Notes: generated by a model not told the origin, from the sequence alone. A DNA stretch of 64,000 bases from Deltaproteobacteria bacterium (GCA_016234855.1 JACRNO010000060.1:9595-73594); one strand, 5' to 3'; numbered from the stretch's first letter, positions 44,468-55,204 are shown. Numbers and translations: made by a program.

Positions 44468-46363
44468 CTACTCCTTCTCAACCTCTATCAGCGTCTCATC
44501 AGGATTGACTGAATCGCCTATCTTCACGTTTATCTTCCTGACGACGCCGTTTACCGGCGTATGGACCTCGTTCTCCATCTTCATGGCCTCGACGGTAAGG
44601 AGGGTGTCGCCTTCGGCAACGCGCGCGCCGACCGAAACCTTTATGGACGTGACCTTGCCCGGTATCGGCGTGGTGACGTCGCCTTCTTTCCTGGCCCTCG
44701 GACGAAGCGACTGCGGCACGGACGAGGCCTCGATTTCGCCCGCGGTGGACGGTATGACCTCGGTAAGGGATTCGACCATGACCTCTTCAAGACGGTTGTC
44801 GACCTTTATGAAGTACGGCCTCTTGCCGGTGACGCTGTCGCGGTGTCCGGCGCCGGCCACCTTTATCTTATAGTTCTCGCCGTGCACCGTGACGATGAAC
44901 TCGCTGGGCGCAAGATGCAACCCGGCAGGGGTCTGTGCGACCTTCTCGACAAGAGGCTCCGCAAGCGACTCAGGCTCAAGTTTGCCCGCATCGCGCTGCT
45001 CAAAAAACTCAATGGCAACGACTGGAAAGAGCGCGTAGGAGAGTATATCCTCTATTGTCTTGGCCTTGCCGTCAAGCTCGCGGGCAATCTTTTCAAGCTC
45101 CGGCTCAAGGAGGTCGGCCGGACGGCAGGTTATGGCCTTTTCATCGCCTATCGCCGCCTTCTTTGCGACCGCGTCAAGCGCCCCTGGAGGCCTTCCGTAA
45201 AGCCCCCTGAAGTAATTGCGCGTCTCGCTCGTTATGACCTTGTAGCGCTCGCCCATCAGGACGTTGAGCGTCGCCTGCGTGCCGACGACCTGAGAGGTCG
45301 GCGTAACAAGCGGCGGATAGCCCATGTCCTTTCTTACGCGCGGTATCTCCTCAAGCACGTCGTTCATCTTGTCGAGGGCGTTTTGCTCCTTCAACTGGTG
45401 CGCGAGATTGGATATCATGCCCCCGGGTATCTGCACCACGAGGGTCTTCGTGTTGATGGCCGTATACTCGCTCTCGAACTTCCTGTACTTTTTGCGCATC
45501 TCCCTGAAGTAATCGGCGATTTCCGACAGGAGCGAGAGGTCGAGCCCTGTGTCGAACTGCGTATCGCGCAAGGCCGCGACCATCGTTTCGGTCGGCGGCT
45601 GAGACGTGCCCGATGCCATGGACGATATGGCGCAGTCGATTATCTCCGCGCCGGCCTCCACGGCCTTCAGGTAACTCATCGCCGCAAGCCCTGAAGAGTC
45701 GTGGGTATGGACGTGTATCGGCAGCCTGACCTTCTGTTTGAGCTTGGTTACAAGCTCAAAGGCGGCCATAGGGGTCAGAAGCCCGGCCATGTCCTTGACG
45801 CAGATGGTATCCGCGCCCATGGATTCGAACTTCAGGGCCATATCGACAAACCCCTCCTGCGTGTGAACAGGCGAGGTCGTATAGCAGATGGTGGCCTCGA
45901 CGTGCGCCTTGGCGTCCTTTGCCGCCTTGAGCGCGACCTCGATATTGCGTATATCGTTAAGGGCGTCGAATATCCTGAAGATATCGATGCCGTTCTTCGC
46001 GGCGCGCTCAACGAACTTCCTTACCACGTCGTCGGGATAGTGCCTGTAGCCGACGAGGTTCTGCCCGCGCAAGAGCATCTGCAAACGGGTGTTCGGCAGG
46101 GCCTTACGCAACTGCTGAAGCCTGTCCCACGGGTCTTCCTTGAGGAACCGCAGACACGAGTCGAAGGTGGCCCCGCCCCAAACCTCAAGGCTCCAGTAAC
46201 CGGCCCTGTCGAGCATGGCTGCGGCCCCGAGCATATCCTGGGTCCGCATGCGCGTGGCAAGGAGCGACTGGTGCGAATCGCGAAGGACGGTATCGGTAAT
46301 CCGGGTCCGGCGTTCGTTCTTCTGATTATTCTTCGGCTTGTTCCTGCTGTTCGGCATATTCAC
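44468..46363 (-). CDS. pycB: Pyruvate carboxylase subunit B (carboxyltransferase plus biotinyl domain)
   Basis: 631 aa. TIM-barrel carboxyltransferase domain (ITDTVLRDSHQSLLATR) and C-terminal biotin attachment site EAMKMENE. Lies downstream of a biotin carboxylase gene. Confidence 0.85.
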   Translation of the reverse strand: MNMPNSRNKPKNNQKNERRTRITDTVLRDSHQSLLATRMRTQDMLGAAAMLDRAGYWSLEVWGGATFDSCLRFLKEDPWDRLQQLRKALPNTRLQMLLRGQNLVGYRHYPDDVVRKFVERAAKNGIDIFRIFDALNDIRNIEVALKAAKDAKAHVEATICYTTSPVHTQEGFVDMALKFESMGADTICVKDMAGLLTPMAAFELVTKLKQKVRLPIHVHTHDSSGLAAMSYLKAVEAGAEIIDCAISSMASGTSQPPTETMVAALRDTQFDTGLDLSLLSEIADYFREMRKKYRKFESEYTAINTKTLVVQIPGGMISNLAHQLKEQNALDKMNDVLEEIPRVRKDMGYPPLVTPTSQVVGTQATLNVLMGERYKVITSETRNYFRGLYGRPPGALDAVAKKAAIGDEKAITCRPADLLEPELEKIARELDGKAKTIEDILSYALFPVVAIEFFEQRDAGKLEPESLAEPLVEKVAQTPAGLHLAPSEFIVTVHGENYKIKVAGAGHRDSVTGKRPYFIKVDNRLEEVMVESLTEVIPSTAGEIEASSVPQSLRPRARKEGDVTTPIPGKVTSIKVSVGARVAEGDTLLTVEAMKMENEVHTPVNGVVRKINVKIGDSVNPDETLIEVEKE

Positions 46364-46391
46364 TCCGGCGCGGCATGTGTTAGCACATAAT

Positions 46392-46457
46392 AAGTTATCG
46401 GTTATCAGTTATCAGTAAATGTGTTTCCGTTTTACCGATAACCGATAACGGATAACC
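46392..46457. repeat. Stutter hairpin S4 (GTTATC-unit arms)
   Basis: AAGTTATCGGTTATCAGTTATCAG...CCGATAACCGATAACGGATAACC. Intercistronic between pycA and pycB. Confidence 0.6.
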
Positions 46458-46460
46458 AAT

Positions 46461-47879
46461 TCAGAACCCGTGGTGGGCGGCTATCGCGGCAGCCAGGGCC
46501 GCGACGACGTCCGTAGGCTCGCCGTATTCGTCATAGTCCATAAGTTCCGGCTTTCTGTCGATGTATCCCGTGTCAAAATTGCCCGCCTTGAAGTCCGGGT
46601 CTTTCATTATGTTCTTCAGGTAGAGTATCGTGGACTTCACCCCGCGTATGACGAACTCGTCGAGACACCTGTGCGTCCTCGCGACCACCTCTTCCCAGCT
46701 TGAGCCTCTTACGATGAGCTTGACCACGAGAGAATCGTAATGCGACGGCACGACGAAGTCCTTGTATATCGCCCCGTCTATGCGTACGCCAATGCCGCCT
46801 GGCGAATAATACGCCGTGACCTTGCCGAAGGACGGGAAAAAATTATTCTTCGGGTCTTCCGCGCAGATGCGGCATTCGATGGCGTAGCCGTTTATTCTGA
46901 CGTCCTCCTGCTTGAAGCCAAGGGGCTTGCCCGCGGCTATCTCTATCTGCTTTTTAACGAGGTCTATGCCGGTCGTCTCCTCGGTTATCCCGTGCTCGAC
47001 CTGTATCCTCGTGTTCATCTCAAGGAAGTAATAGTTCATCCCGGCGTCCACGAGAAACTCGACCGTGCCGGCGTTCGTGTAGTTTGCGGCGGCCGCCGCC
47101 TTTACCGCGTCCGCGCCCATGCGGCTGCGCAGGTCCTCATTGAGTATGAGCGAAGGCGTGATCTCGATGAGCTTCTGGTGGCGCCTCTGTATCGAGCAGT
47201 CGCGCTCGCCCAGATGGACTATATTGCCGTAATTGTCGGCGAGTATCTGGAACTCGACATGGTGCGGCCTTTCGATGTACTTCTCCAGAAAGACCGCCGA
47301 GGCGCCGAAGGCCGCGGCAGACTCGGTTTGCGCGCTGTTGAAGGATTTTATAAGCTCCGCCTCAGAGCGCGCCACGCGAAGCCCCCTGCCCCCGCCCCCG
47401 CCCGAGGCCTTTATCATCACGGGATATCCCATCTCCCTCGCAAAGGCCACGGCCTCGTCAACGTCCTTTACGGAACCCTCGGTGCCGGGCAGTATCGGCA
47501 CGCCGGCCTGCTTCATCATGCGGCGTGCGTTGACCTTATCGCCCATGTCCGAGATGGTCTTGGACGTGGGCCCGATAAAGGTTATGCCCTTTTTATCGCA
47601 CAACAGCGGAAAGCGCGGGTTCTCGGAGAGAAACCCGTAGCCCGGATGGATTGCCTCCACGCCTATCTTCTTCGCAAGGTCGACTATGCGATGGATATTG
47701 AGATAGCCCTGGATAGGCCCGGGCCCCACCATATAAGACTCGTCGGCCTTCTTCACATACAGCGAAGTCGCATCTTCCTCGGAATATATGGCGACGGTCG
47801 GGATATCAAGCTCCTTGCATGCCCTGATTACCCGCGTGGCTATCTCGCCCCTGTTTGCTATCAAGACCTTTTTAAACAT
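46461..47879 (-). CDS. pycA: Pyruvate carboxylase subunit A (biotin carboxylase)
   Basis: [26 protein letters not shown]... shows the ATP-grasp biotin carboxylase fold. Start taken at the ATG at 47879. Confidence 0.85.
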   Translation of the reverse strand: MFKKVLIANRGEIATRVIRACKELDIPTVAIYSEEDATSLYVKKADESYMVGPGPIQGYLNIHRIVDLAKKIGVEAIHPGYGFLSENPRFPLLCDKKGITFIGPTSKTISDMGDKVNARRMMKQAGVPILPGTEGSVKDVDEAVAFAREMGYPVMIKASGGGGGRGLRVARSEAELIKSFNSAQTESAAAFGASAVFLEKYIERPHHVEFQILADNYGNIVHLGERDCSIQRRHQKLIEITPSLILNEDLRSRMGADAVKAAAAANYTNAGTVEFLVDAGMNYYFLEMNTRIQVEHGITEETTGIDLVKKQIEIAAGKPLGFKQEDVRINGYAIECRICAEDPKNNFFPSFGKVTAYYSPGGIGVRIDGAIYKDFVVPSHYDSLVVKLIVRGSSWEEVVARTHRCLDEFVIRGVKSTILYLKNIMKDPDFKAGNFDTGYIDRKPELMDYDEYGEPTDVVAALAAAIAAHHGF

Positions 47880-48106
47880 ACCTGTATCCGGCCGTTGCCC
47901 CTGAAAAAGAGAGAACGGCATTTATTACCGCGTCCTTCGGACGCAGTTGTATCAGACAAAATATTAAGCCAAGATTACGTTAAAAAGTCAAGGAAAATGC
48001 GCTCCAAAACCGGCATTTGAAGGCCAAAAGATGAGACGCATGTGTAAATAACGGCTTGAGCCGGGATACACGGCTGAAAGGGCGCATAAGGGGAGTTAGA
48101 ACCGCC

Positions 48107-49639
48107 TCAACCGGACTCAGTTCCGGCCTTCAACCATTTCCTTACAAAGGCCGCCGCCTCCTTCTTCGTCCGCACCGCACCGGACTCGACCCCCTCTGCA
48201 ATCTTCGCCAATATCTTGCCGACAGCCGGGCCTTCGGCTACCCCAAAGGTCTTCATCACCTCCGCCCCGTTCATGACCGGCCCTGGAGGCTTTTTCAGAT
48301 AAGTCTCATAATAGAACCTGAACATCTCGCGGACGACGGCGCTAAGCTCCGGGTCCTGCCCGCCGCGCGTTGCATGGGCGTCCGCAAGGGCAAGGCAGAG
48401 GAGGTCAAGACCGAGGTCGGCCCCGACCGAGCGCAACAGGTGCGCCTTTGCGCGGGCCGAAGGACACACAAGGCCGGCGAGACCGAATACCCTGTGATGG
48501 CAGCGCACGAGGGTCGATATCGCCGCGCAGGCCCTGCTGCTGAATTTGAGACGACGGAGCGCCGCGGCGGTTGCTGCTGCCCCCTCGTGGTCGTGTCCGT
48601 AAAACCTGAGCCTGCCAGCTTCAATCGTCATGGCCGCTGGTTTGCCTATGTCGTGGAGAAGGACGGCGAGCATGAACCAGACAGAGCGCTTGACGCCGCC
48701 AACAGACCTTGCAAAGTGCCTCTTGAGGCGCGCATGGTACGGCCCGAAGCTCTCTTCGTCCATATTATCAAGGAGGAGTTCGGCCGCGTCCAGCGCCTTC
48801 AACGTGTGGCCGAGGATATCGTATCCTGCCAGGTCCTCCCAATCCTTCATCTGCGGGATTATTGCGCCTATCAGCCCCAGGTCATATAACGCCATGACCG
48901 AGGCCGACGCGCCTTTGCACTCTAATATGGCGACCAGTTCGGCGCGTATGCGTTCGACCGAGACATTCGCAAGGAGCCCGGCATCCGCCTTTATGAGCCG
49001 GACGGTATCATCCGTTATCGTCAACCCGTACTGAACGGCCAGACGCACGGCCCGGAGCATGCGCAAGGGGTCGTCTTTAAAGACCCGTTCGGACACGGCG
49101 GCCACGAGCCCGGCCTTCGCGTCCTCCATGCCGTTGCACGGGTCAATCACGCAAACCTGGCCACCGGCGGCGATCTCGCGCAGATCAACGGCCATCGCGT
49201 CGATTGTGAAGTCGCGGCCCCTCAGGTCGGCGACGATATCCGCTTTCACGCCAAACGCTTTAACCGGCGAAAGGTCGATAGTGACCTGACGGCCGCCCTT
49301 CCTGAAGACCACGCGATACGAGGGCGCTTCTTTATCGAGTATAAAGGCGGAACCCTTGAGCCGCCGGGCAATCGCTGCGGCAACGCGAGCGACGCCGCCC
49401 AATATCACAAAATCATAATCCGGCTGAGCGCGGCAACCGAGCATCAGGTTACGCACCACCCCGCCGACGAGATAAACCTTGAGACCGGCCCGGCCGCATA
49501 CGCTTGCTACCGCCTTCACTACCGAGTCATTGGCAATAAAGGCCGCTCCCGGGACCGGCTTTAAAAAAAAAGAGGCCGGTTTCGACCGGCCCCTGGCACG
49601 CAAGGATTTTTTAGTTTTGCTCTCATCCACGTCAAGCAC
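48107..49639 (-). CDS. cca: CCA tRNA nucleotidyltransferase / poly(A) polymerase family with HD domain
   Basis: Nucleotidyltransferase head motif LKVYLVGGVVRNLMLG...DYDF, followed by an HD phosphohydrolase region (HDIGK). Exact start uncertain. Confidence 0.75.
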   Translation of the reverse strand: MLDVDESKTKKSLRARGRSKPASFFLKPVPGAAFIANDSVVKAVASVCGRAGLKVYLVGGVVRNLMLGCRAQPDYDFVILGGVARVAAAIARRLKGSAFILDKEAPSYRVVFRKGGRQVTIDLSPVKAFGVKADIVADLRGRDFTIDAMAVDLREIAAGGQVCVIDPCNGMEDAKAGLVAAVSERVFKDDPLRMLRAVRLAVQYGLTITDDTVRLIKADAGLLANVSVERIRAELVAILECKGASASVMALYDLGLIGAIIPQMKDWEDLAGYDILGHTLKALDAAELLLDNMDEESFGPYHARLKRHFARSVGGVKRSVWFMLAVLLHDIGKPAAMTIEAGRLRFYGHDHEGAAATAAALRRLKFSSRACAAISTLVRCHHRVFGLAGLVCPSARAKAHLLRSVGADLGLDLLCLALADAHATRGGQDPELSAVVREMFRFYYETYLKKPPGPVMNGAEVMKTFGVAEGPAVGKILAKIAEGVESGAVRTKKEAAAFVRKWLKAGTESG

Positions 49640-49655
49640 CCATAAAAAACAATAC

Positions 49656-51944
49656 TCAGATCAGTTCCACCTCAAGCATACCGTCAGCCATGGGTATGGT
49701 ATGAACGGTCTCGGATATCATCCTGACCTTCTTGGCGGTCTCGCGGTAATCGGGGTCTACTGCGCTGACTGCCGCATAGAGTTTACCCGCCTCTTCAAAC
49801 TTTTCATCGGCCTCGTATGCAAGCGCAAGCTCGTACATCATACCCTTGCGCTCTTCGTCGCTCCTGCCGGTCACGCGCAAGCCCTTGGTGTAATACCCTA
49901 TCGCGTCTTCGTATTTACCCTCGGACATGGAGCACAGGGCCAGACGCGTATAACAATCGAACTCCAGGAGCGGGTCTTTGAGCGCAATCTTGAACTCCTT
50001 GACGGCCTCGCCGAGAAGCTCCATCTCCATATACGCTATGCCAAGATTGAAATGCGTCTCCGAGTCCTCCTTGTTGAGCTGATTGCCTATGCCGGTCTTG
50101 AACTCGTCGAATGCCTCCTTGGAACTACCCGCCCCCCATGAGCCCGCAAGGTCCGAGAGGGCGTCTTCCATGCCAAGCTCCTTGGAGAGATCGACGAACT
50201 CGTCGCCGGAGCCGGTCTGCCCGGCCTCGGCAACGCTTGCCGCTTCCGGCACGGCCCTGGTCTCGACGACCTCATCCGGCAGTTCCTCGACCATCTCAAG
50301 AGGTTCATGATGCTCAGTCATCTCGCTGATGGACTTCGTAAGGTCGTCATGCGTAAAGCCGGCCTGGGCAGGCGCTGCGGCTTCGTCCGTCTCAACATGT
50401 TCGGTGATAATCTCCTCTTCAATCTCCAGGGAAGTCTCTTCAACCGGGGCCGCTTCAATTGCCTCTTCAGGCGCGGCCTCTGGAACGTCCGCTATCTCGG
50501 GCTCCGTCTCGAAGACAATCTCTTCGGCAACCTCTTCTTCGTGCGCCGCTTCCGGCGCCACCTCGAAGACAATCTCTTCGGCAACCTCTTCTTCGTGCGC
50601 CGCTTCCGGCGCCACCTCGAAGACAATCTCTTCGGCGGCCTCTTCTTCAGGCGCGGAAGGCGTCACGGCCTCGGGCGCGCCCTTGGCTGATGCGCCAGCC
50701 GATACGTCCGCGGCGACGGCGCTGAGTATCGCGTCGACCTCGCGCTGGGCCGCGGCGCCAGGCATCTCAAACTCGACCTCCGTGGCCTTTACCCCGGAGA
50801 TATCCAATTCAAGGGCCCGCCCGCCGCCTTCTTCAACTGTCCCAGGCCCCTCTTCAACCTCAACCTCAAATAGAGGCTCGTGCGGCGCCTCCTCCTTACT
50901 CTTATCACCGCCAAGGTCAACGCTAAGCCCTGTCTCCGGAAATGAAATCATGGGCTCTTCTTCCGGCCTAAGGAGCGCGGGCGGCTCCGGAGTCTTTGAC
51001 GGCTCCCCGACCTCCGGGAAACTAATAAGCGGCATGCCTTGTTCCGGCACGGGCGGTTCGCTCAACTCGGGGAAACTGATAAGCGGCGCGGCATCCAACG
51101 GCTGTCTGGCCGGACCTTTCGCAACCGCTCCGGCCTTGTCCTTTGCCGGCTCCGGCCCCTTGCCAAGGTACTTAAGACAGTCCTCGTCCTTCGGAGAGAC
51201 CTCAAGAATGGCGTCGCAAACAGCCCTGGCGTTCTCGGCGTCGCGCCTCTCCACATAGACATTGAAAGCAGCCTTGGTGAATTTTAAAAACTTCTCGTCG
51301 TCGTGGCGCTTTTTATAAAGCTCGGACAGGCCCTTCAGTATGCGGATATCCTTGGGGTAGGTCTTGTAGAGGGTCGTAAACGTCTTCTCGGCCTTGTCGA
51401 GCTTGTCCTGCGCCATGTACTTCTTGAAGATGACGGCGTACTCGCCAAGGGCGTCGTTCTCAAAATTCAGCTTCTGATATAGCTCGGCGAGCTTCAGGCG
51501 GATGCCGATATTATCAGGGTCGATATCGAGCATCTCCTTGAGGAGCTGCATGACCTCGCCGGTCTTGCCCTTCTTCTCGAAACTGGAGACGAGCAGCGAG
51601 TACTCGCCTATTGCGTCGGATATCAGGCGCTGTTTGGCGTAGAGCTCCGCGAGCTTGTAGTGTATCTCGTAGTTGGTCTCCTCAAGCTTGAGCACCTGCT
51701 TGTAGACGGCGATGGCCTTGAGGTAGAAACCGCGCTGACTGTTGGCCTTGGCGACTTCCTTGTACTCCTCGATGGCCTCGGTCTTCTTGCCCATCTTGAC
51801 GTAGAGGTCGCCGACGCGGAGCCGGATGGAGATATCCTTAGGGTCGGAGTCGAACGCGGCCTTGTACTCAAGGATGGCCTTGTCCAGTGCGCCCTTTGCA
51901 AGGTGCGCCTGGGCGCGCTCCATTAATTTATCTTTAAGGGCCAT
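49656..51944 (-). CDS. TPR-repeat protein with central acidic Pro/Glu-rich region containing 19-aa tandem repeats
   Basis: N- and C-terminal TPR blocks. The centre has VAEEIVFEVAPEAAHEEE repeated about 2.5 times and a long low-complexity acidic tract. No TM or signal peptide. ATG at 51944 preferred over the GTG at 51974. Confidence 0.7.
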   Translation of the reverse strand: MALKDKLMERAQAHLAKGALDKAILEYKAAFDSDPKDISIRLRVGDLYVKMGKKTEAIEEYKEVAKANSQRGFYLKAIAVYKQVLKLEETNYEIHYKLAELYAKQRLISDAIGEYSLLVSSFEKKGKTGEVMQLLKEMLDIDPDNIGIRLKLAELYQKLNFENDALGEYAVIFKKYMAQDKLDKAEKTFTTLYKTYPKDIRILKGLSELYKKRHDDEKFLKFTKAAFNVYVERRDAENARAVCDAILEVSPKDEDCLKYLGKGPEPAKDKAGAVAKGPARQPLDAAPLISFPELSEPPVPEQGMPLISFPEVGEPSKTPEPPALLRPEEEPMISFPETGLSVDLGGDKSKEEAPHEPLFEVEVEEGPGTVEEGGGRALELDISGVKATEVEFEMPGAAAQREVDAILSAVAADVSAGASAKGAPEAVTPSAPEEEAAEEIVFEVAPEAAHEEEVAEEIVFEVAPEAAHEEEVAEEIVFETEPEIADVPEAAPEEAIEAAPVEETSLEIEEEIITEHVETDEAAAPAQAGFTHDDLTKSISEMTEHHEPLEMVEELPDEVVETRAVPEAASVAEAGQTGSGDEFVDLSKELGMEDALSDLAGSWGAGSSKEAFDEFKTGIGNQLNKEDSETHFNLGIAYMEMELLGEAVKEFKIALKDPLLEFDCYTRLALCSMSEGKYEDAIGYYTKGLRVTGRSDEERKGMMYELALAYEADEKFEEAGKLYAAVSAVDPDYRETAKKVRMISETVHTIPMADGMLEVELI
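50508..50655. repeat. 57-bp tandem repeat (about 2.6 units) inside the TPR/acidic protein gene
   Basis: TCGAAGACAATCTCTTCGGCAACCTCTTCTTCGTGCGCCGCTTCCGGCGCCACC repeated at 50508, 50565 and (partial) 50622. Encodes the 19-aa VAEEIVFEVAPEAAHEEE repeats. Confidence 0.8.
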
Positions 51945-52029
51945 AACCTCATCCGTAGTTGATACAAAATGCACCGTGAACCGGCGGGCCAGCGCAACCG
52001 CGCTGCTCCGCTTATCGCATAATTATCAT

Positions 52030-52180
52030 ATTAAGGAACCTCTGATTAATTCGCAAACGTATGTCATTCTGAGCGGAGCGAAGAATCTCGTATATAGGCA
52101 AATCAACAAGTTACGAGATTCTTCAGTCGCTGCGCTCCTTCAGAATGACAGTAGGACAGAATAAATCAGAGCTTCCTTAA
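52030..52180. mobile_element. MITE-like element copy 7
   Basis: TIRs TTAAGGAACCTCTGATTAATTC (52030-52051) and GAATAAATCAGAGCTTCCTTAA (52159-52180). Same internal GTCATTCTGAGCGGAGCGAAGAATCTCGTA...CAAGTTACGAGATTCTTC...CAGAATGACA palindrome. Confidence 0.7.
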
Positions 52181-52211
52181 CAGTCGCATGACCGGTTCGG
52201 CTGACAATCTC

Positions 52212-53027
52212 TTACGCGGCATCCACGGCAACGCCGTCGCCGCCTGCCAAAAGCCCGGTCTTTATATATTCCTCCGCCTCGCTCAAACGGCTCGGGGTGA
52301 ATTCAGCGCAAAGACCGCTCTCAAACCCTCTCACAAGGGTATTTGAAAAATCCGTAATATCAATATCGGCATGCTCACTCAAACCGGTCATCCTGTCCAT
52401 TAGTTCCGATGCCGCCTGTTGCCCGAAGACGGCCTCATGAAGACCGCGGTCGACCGTAAAGAGTATCGAGCCGTGCTGCAGGAAGGCGGTCCTGAAACGC
52501 CTCTGAGCGCTGCCCACGAGTTTCCTGTTGCCGACGGTCACCTCGTATCTCGAAGGCGAGTAAAAACACGCGGCCTTCGCCTTCTCCCCCGGCGTCGTCT
52601 TTTTCACCGCAGCGGCGAGATCGGCCTTTACGCCGGCCTTGCCCAGCGCCCCTATGATACAATTGCTTATGACGCGATACGCGCCGATGATGCCTTCCCT
52701 GAAGAGCGGATGTTCTGAAGGCGAGACAATGGAATAGGTAAGCTCCGCGGCGTGGATGACCGCCCTTCCGCCTGTCACCCTTCTGACCACGGGCAAGCCG
52801 CGCCCCTCAAGCGCGGCTGCGTCCTGATAACGGCCGATGGATACCGTAGGCTCACTCCACCCGTATATGCGCAAGACGGGCGTTGACGAAGAACCGCTCT
52901 CGACGCTCGTGACGAGCGCCGCGTCCACGGCCATGTTTACGCCGCCGCTTTGAGGCTCGTCCAGAATCAAACGCCATGCGCTGGCAGCAATCATTCGTTC
53001 CTCGCTAACAAGTTGCCGTCCGGCCAC
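52212..53027 (-). CDS. Lipoate-protein ligase A / BPL-LPL catalytic-domain protein
   Basis: VNMAVDAALV...PVLRIYGWSEPTVSIGRYQ...RRVTGGRAVIH is typical of LplA/LipB-family catalytic domains. Confidence 0.7.
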   Translation of the reverse strand: MAGRQLVSEERMIAASAWRLILDEPQSGGVNMAVDAALVTSVESGSSSTPVLRIYGWSEPTVSIGRYQDAAALEGRGLPVVRRVTGGRAVIHAAELTYSIVSPSEHPLFREGIIGAYRVISNCIIGALGKAGVKADLAAAVKKTTPGEKAKAACFYSPSRYEVTVGNRKLVGSAQRRFRTAFLQHGSILFTVDRGLHEAVFGQQAASELMDRMTGLSEHADIDITDFSNTLVRGFESGLCAEFTPSRLSEAEEYIKTGLLAGGDGVAVDAA

Positions 53028-53079
53028 CCGTCAAAGGCTGAAGATAAAATAGACGGACTTTCTTCATTGCATAACTGAT

Positions 53080-53103
53080 GGGTCAGGAGGAAACTCCTGA
53101 CCC
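53080..53103. repeat. GTCAGGAG-GAAA-CTCCTGAC hairpin (H4)
   Basis: GGGTCAGGAG-GAAA-CTCCTGACCC, between accC and the lipoate ligase-like gene. Confidence 0.6.
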
Positions 53104-53161
53104 ACACACATTGAAAATGACGGGGCCCGGCCAAAACAAGCAATGGTTATATTTATACAGA

Positions 53162-54496
53162 TTACGTGAATCTCGAAAGAAAATCAATGTCCGTATTGCC
53201 CGCTATGAAGTCATGGTCCTTCATTATCTTCAGATGCAGCGGGATATTGGTCTTTATGCCGGCGATATGAAACTCCTCGAGCGCCCTCGTCATCCTCGCT
53301 ATGGCATCCTCGCGCGTCTCGGCATGGACTATTAGCTTGGCAAGGAGGTTGTCGTAGTAAGGCGGTACGGTATAGCCGCAATAGATGGCGCTGTCAAGGC
53401 GCACGCCCGGCCCGCCCGGCGTTATGAGCTCTGTAATCTTCCCCGGGGACGGGACAAAGGTCTTGGGGTCTTCCGCGTTTATCCTGCACTCGATGGAGTG
53501 CCCCTTGAACCTGACGTCCTTCTGGCGAAGTTCAAGTTTATGGCCCGCGGCCACGCGAATCTGCTCCTTCAGGAGGTCGGTGCCGGTCACAAGTTCCGTG
53601 ACCGGGTGCTCGACCTGTATCCTCGTATTCATCTCCATGAAGTAGAAGGACTTGTTCTTGTCGAGGAGAAACTCGACCGTGCCGGCGTTCGTATACCCGA
53701 TGCCTTTGCAGAGCTTTACCGCGGCCTCGCCCATCTTCTGACGCAGCTTCGCGTCCACGGCCGTGGACGGCGACTCTTCGAGTATCTTCTGATGCCGCCT
53801 CTGTATGGAACATTCGCGTTCGCCCAGGTGTATGACGTTGCCGTGCTCGTCGGCCATGACCTGAATTTCGATATGCCTGGGGAGCTCGCAGAACCTCTCG
53901 ATGAATATCTCGCCGTCCCCGAAGGCCGACAGGGCCTCCATGCGAGCCATGTTGAAGGCGCTGGAGAGCGCGGCCTGCGTATGGACGAGCTTCATGCCGC
54001 GGCCTCCGCCGCCGGCGGCGGCCTTGATAAGAAGCGGAAAGCCTATCTTCTTCGAGACCTCATGGGCCTCTTTCTCGTCGGCCACGCCCTTGTTGCTCCA
54101 CGGCAACACCGGTATGCCAAGCTCCTCGGCCGTCTTCTTGGCCTGGACCTTGTTGCCCATGAGGCGCATAAGGGCCGAGGTCGGGCCGATAAACTTTATC
54201 CCGCACTTCTCGCAGGCCTCGGCAAAACCGGCGTTCTCGGCCAGAAAGCCGTAACCCGGGTGCACGGCCTCGGCATCGGCCACCTCCATCGAGCTTATGA
54301 TGGAGGTGATGTTCAGGTAACTGTCCGCGCTCCTGGCCGGCCCGATACAGATTGCCCCGTCCGCAAACCGCGTATGCAGGGCCTCTCTGTCGGCCTGAGA
54401 ATAGACGGCAAGCGTGCGTATGCCCATCTCCTTGCAGGCCCTGATTATCCTTACGGCTATCTCGCCTCTGTTGGCGATAAGAATCTTGTTGAACAT
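53162..54496 (-). CDS. accC: Acetyl-CoA carboxylase biotin carboxylase subunit
   Basis: [26 protein letters not shown]... Paired with an upstream accB. Start at the ATG at 54496. Confidence 0.9.
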   Translation of the reverse strand: MFNKILIANRGEIAVRIIRACKEMGIRTLAVYSQADREALHTRFADGAICIGPARSADSYLNITSIISSMEVADAEAVHPGYGFLAENAGFAEACEKCGIKFIGPTSALMRLMGNKVQAKKTAEELGIPVLPWSNKGVADEKEAHEVSKKIGFPLLIKAAAGGGGRGMKLVHTQAALSSAFNMARMEALSAFGDGEIFIERFCELPRHIEIQVMADEHGNVIHLGERECSIQRRHQKILEESPSTAVDAKLRQKMGEAAVKLCKGIGYTNAGTVEFLLDKNKSFYFMEMNTRIQVEHPVTELVTGTDLLKEQIRVAAGHKLELRQKDVRFKGHSIECRINAEDPKTFVPSPGKITELITPGGPGVRLDSAIYCGYTVPPYYDNLLAKLIVHAETREDAIARMTRALEEFHIAGIKTNIPLHLKIMKDHDFIAGNTDIDFLSRFT

Positions 54497-54704
54497 CCGC
54501 ACCCCGTAATGCGCATCGGTCATGGCCGAGACCTTAATACGACGACATGGAAACTCTTCCAAACACGGCGCTCCGAGCGCCGGACGACAGCCGCCTTCAC
54601 AAACCCTGCCGCCTTAAAACATACCGATATCGGACACCGGCCATCCACGCAATAAAAAAACCCTTAATCCCGCTCTTTAAAGAGAGACCAAGGGGGCGCG
54701 GCCG

Positions 54705-55151
54705 TTACTTCGAGGCCTCGACATGGAAGAGCGGCTCGCCGTACTCGACGGGCTGGCCGTTTTCAACGAGGATGGATACTATCCTGCCCGCGTATTCGCT
54801 CTCGACCTCGTTCATCAGCTTCATCGCCTCGATTATGCACAGGGTCTGCCCGTTCTTTACTATGCCGCCCATCTCCACAAAAGGCGAGGCCTCGGGCGAG
54901 GCGGACCTGTAGAAGGTGCCTACCATGGGGGACGTGACCACCATGACATTATCCGGTTTGGCCGGGGCAGCCTCGACTACGGTCTTTGCAGGTGAAGGCG
55001 CGGTCACCGGCGCCGCATAAGCGGCCTCTTCTCTGGGAAGCACACACCCCCGCTTAATCCTGAGCTTACCCTTTTCTTCTTCGATATCTATCTCAACGAT
55101 ATCGGTATCCCGCAGGAACTTGTATAAGGCTTTAATATCCTTTATGTCCAT
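54705..55151 (-). CDS. accB: Acetyl-CoA carboxylase biotin carboxyl carrier protein
   Basis: 148 aa. Ala/Pro linker and C-terminal biotinyl domain with EAMKLMNE. Confidence 0.9.
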   Translation of the reverse strand: MDIKDIKALYKFLRDTDIVEIDIEEEKGKLRIKRGCVLPREEAAYAAPVTAPSPAKTVVEAAPAKPDNVMVVTSPMVGTFYRSASPEASPFVEMGGIVKNGQTLCIIEAMKLMNEVESEYAGRIVSILVENGQPVEYGEPLFHVEASK

Positions 55152-55204
55152 CTCTCCGTCCTTTTAGGTTGAACTCGAATTCAGACCCTTGATGATACGG
55201 TCCC

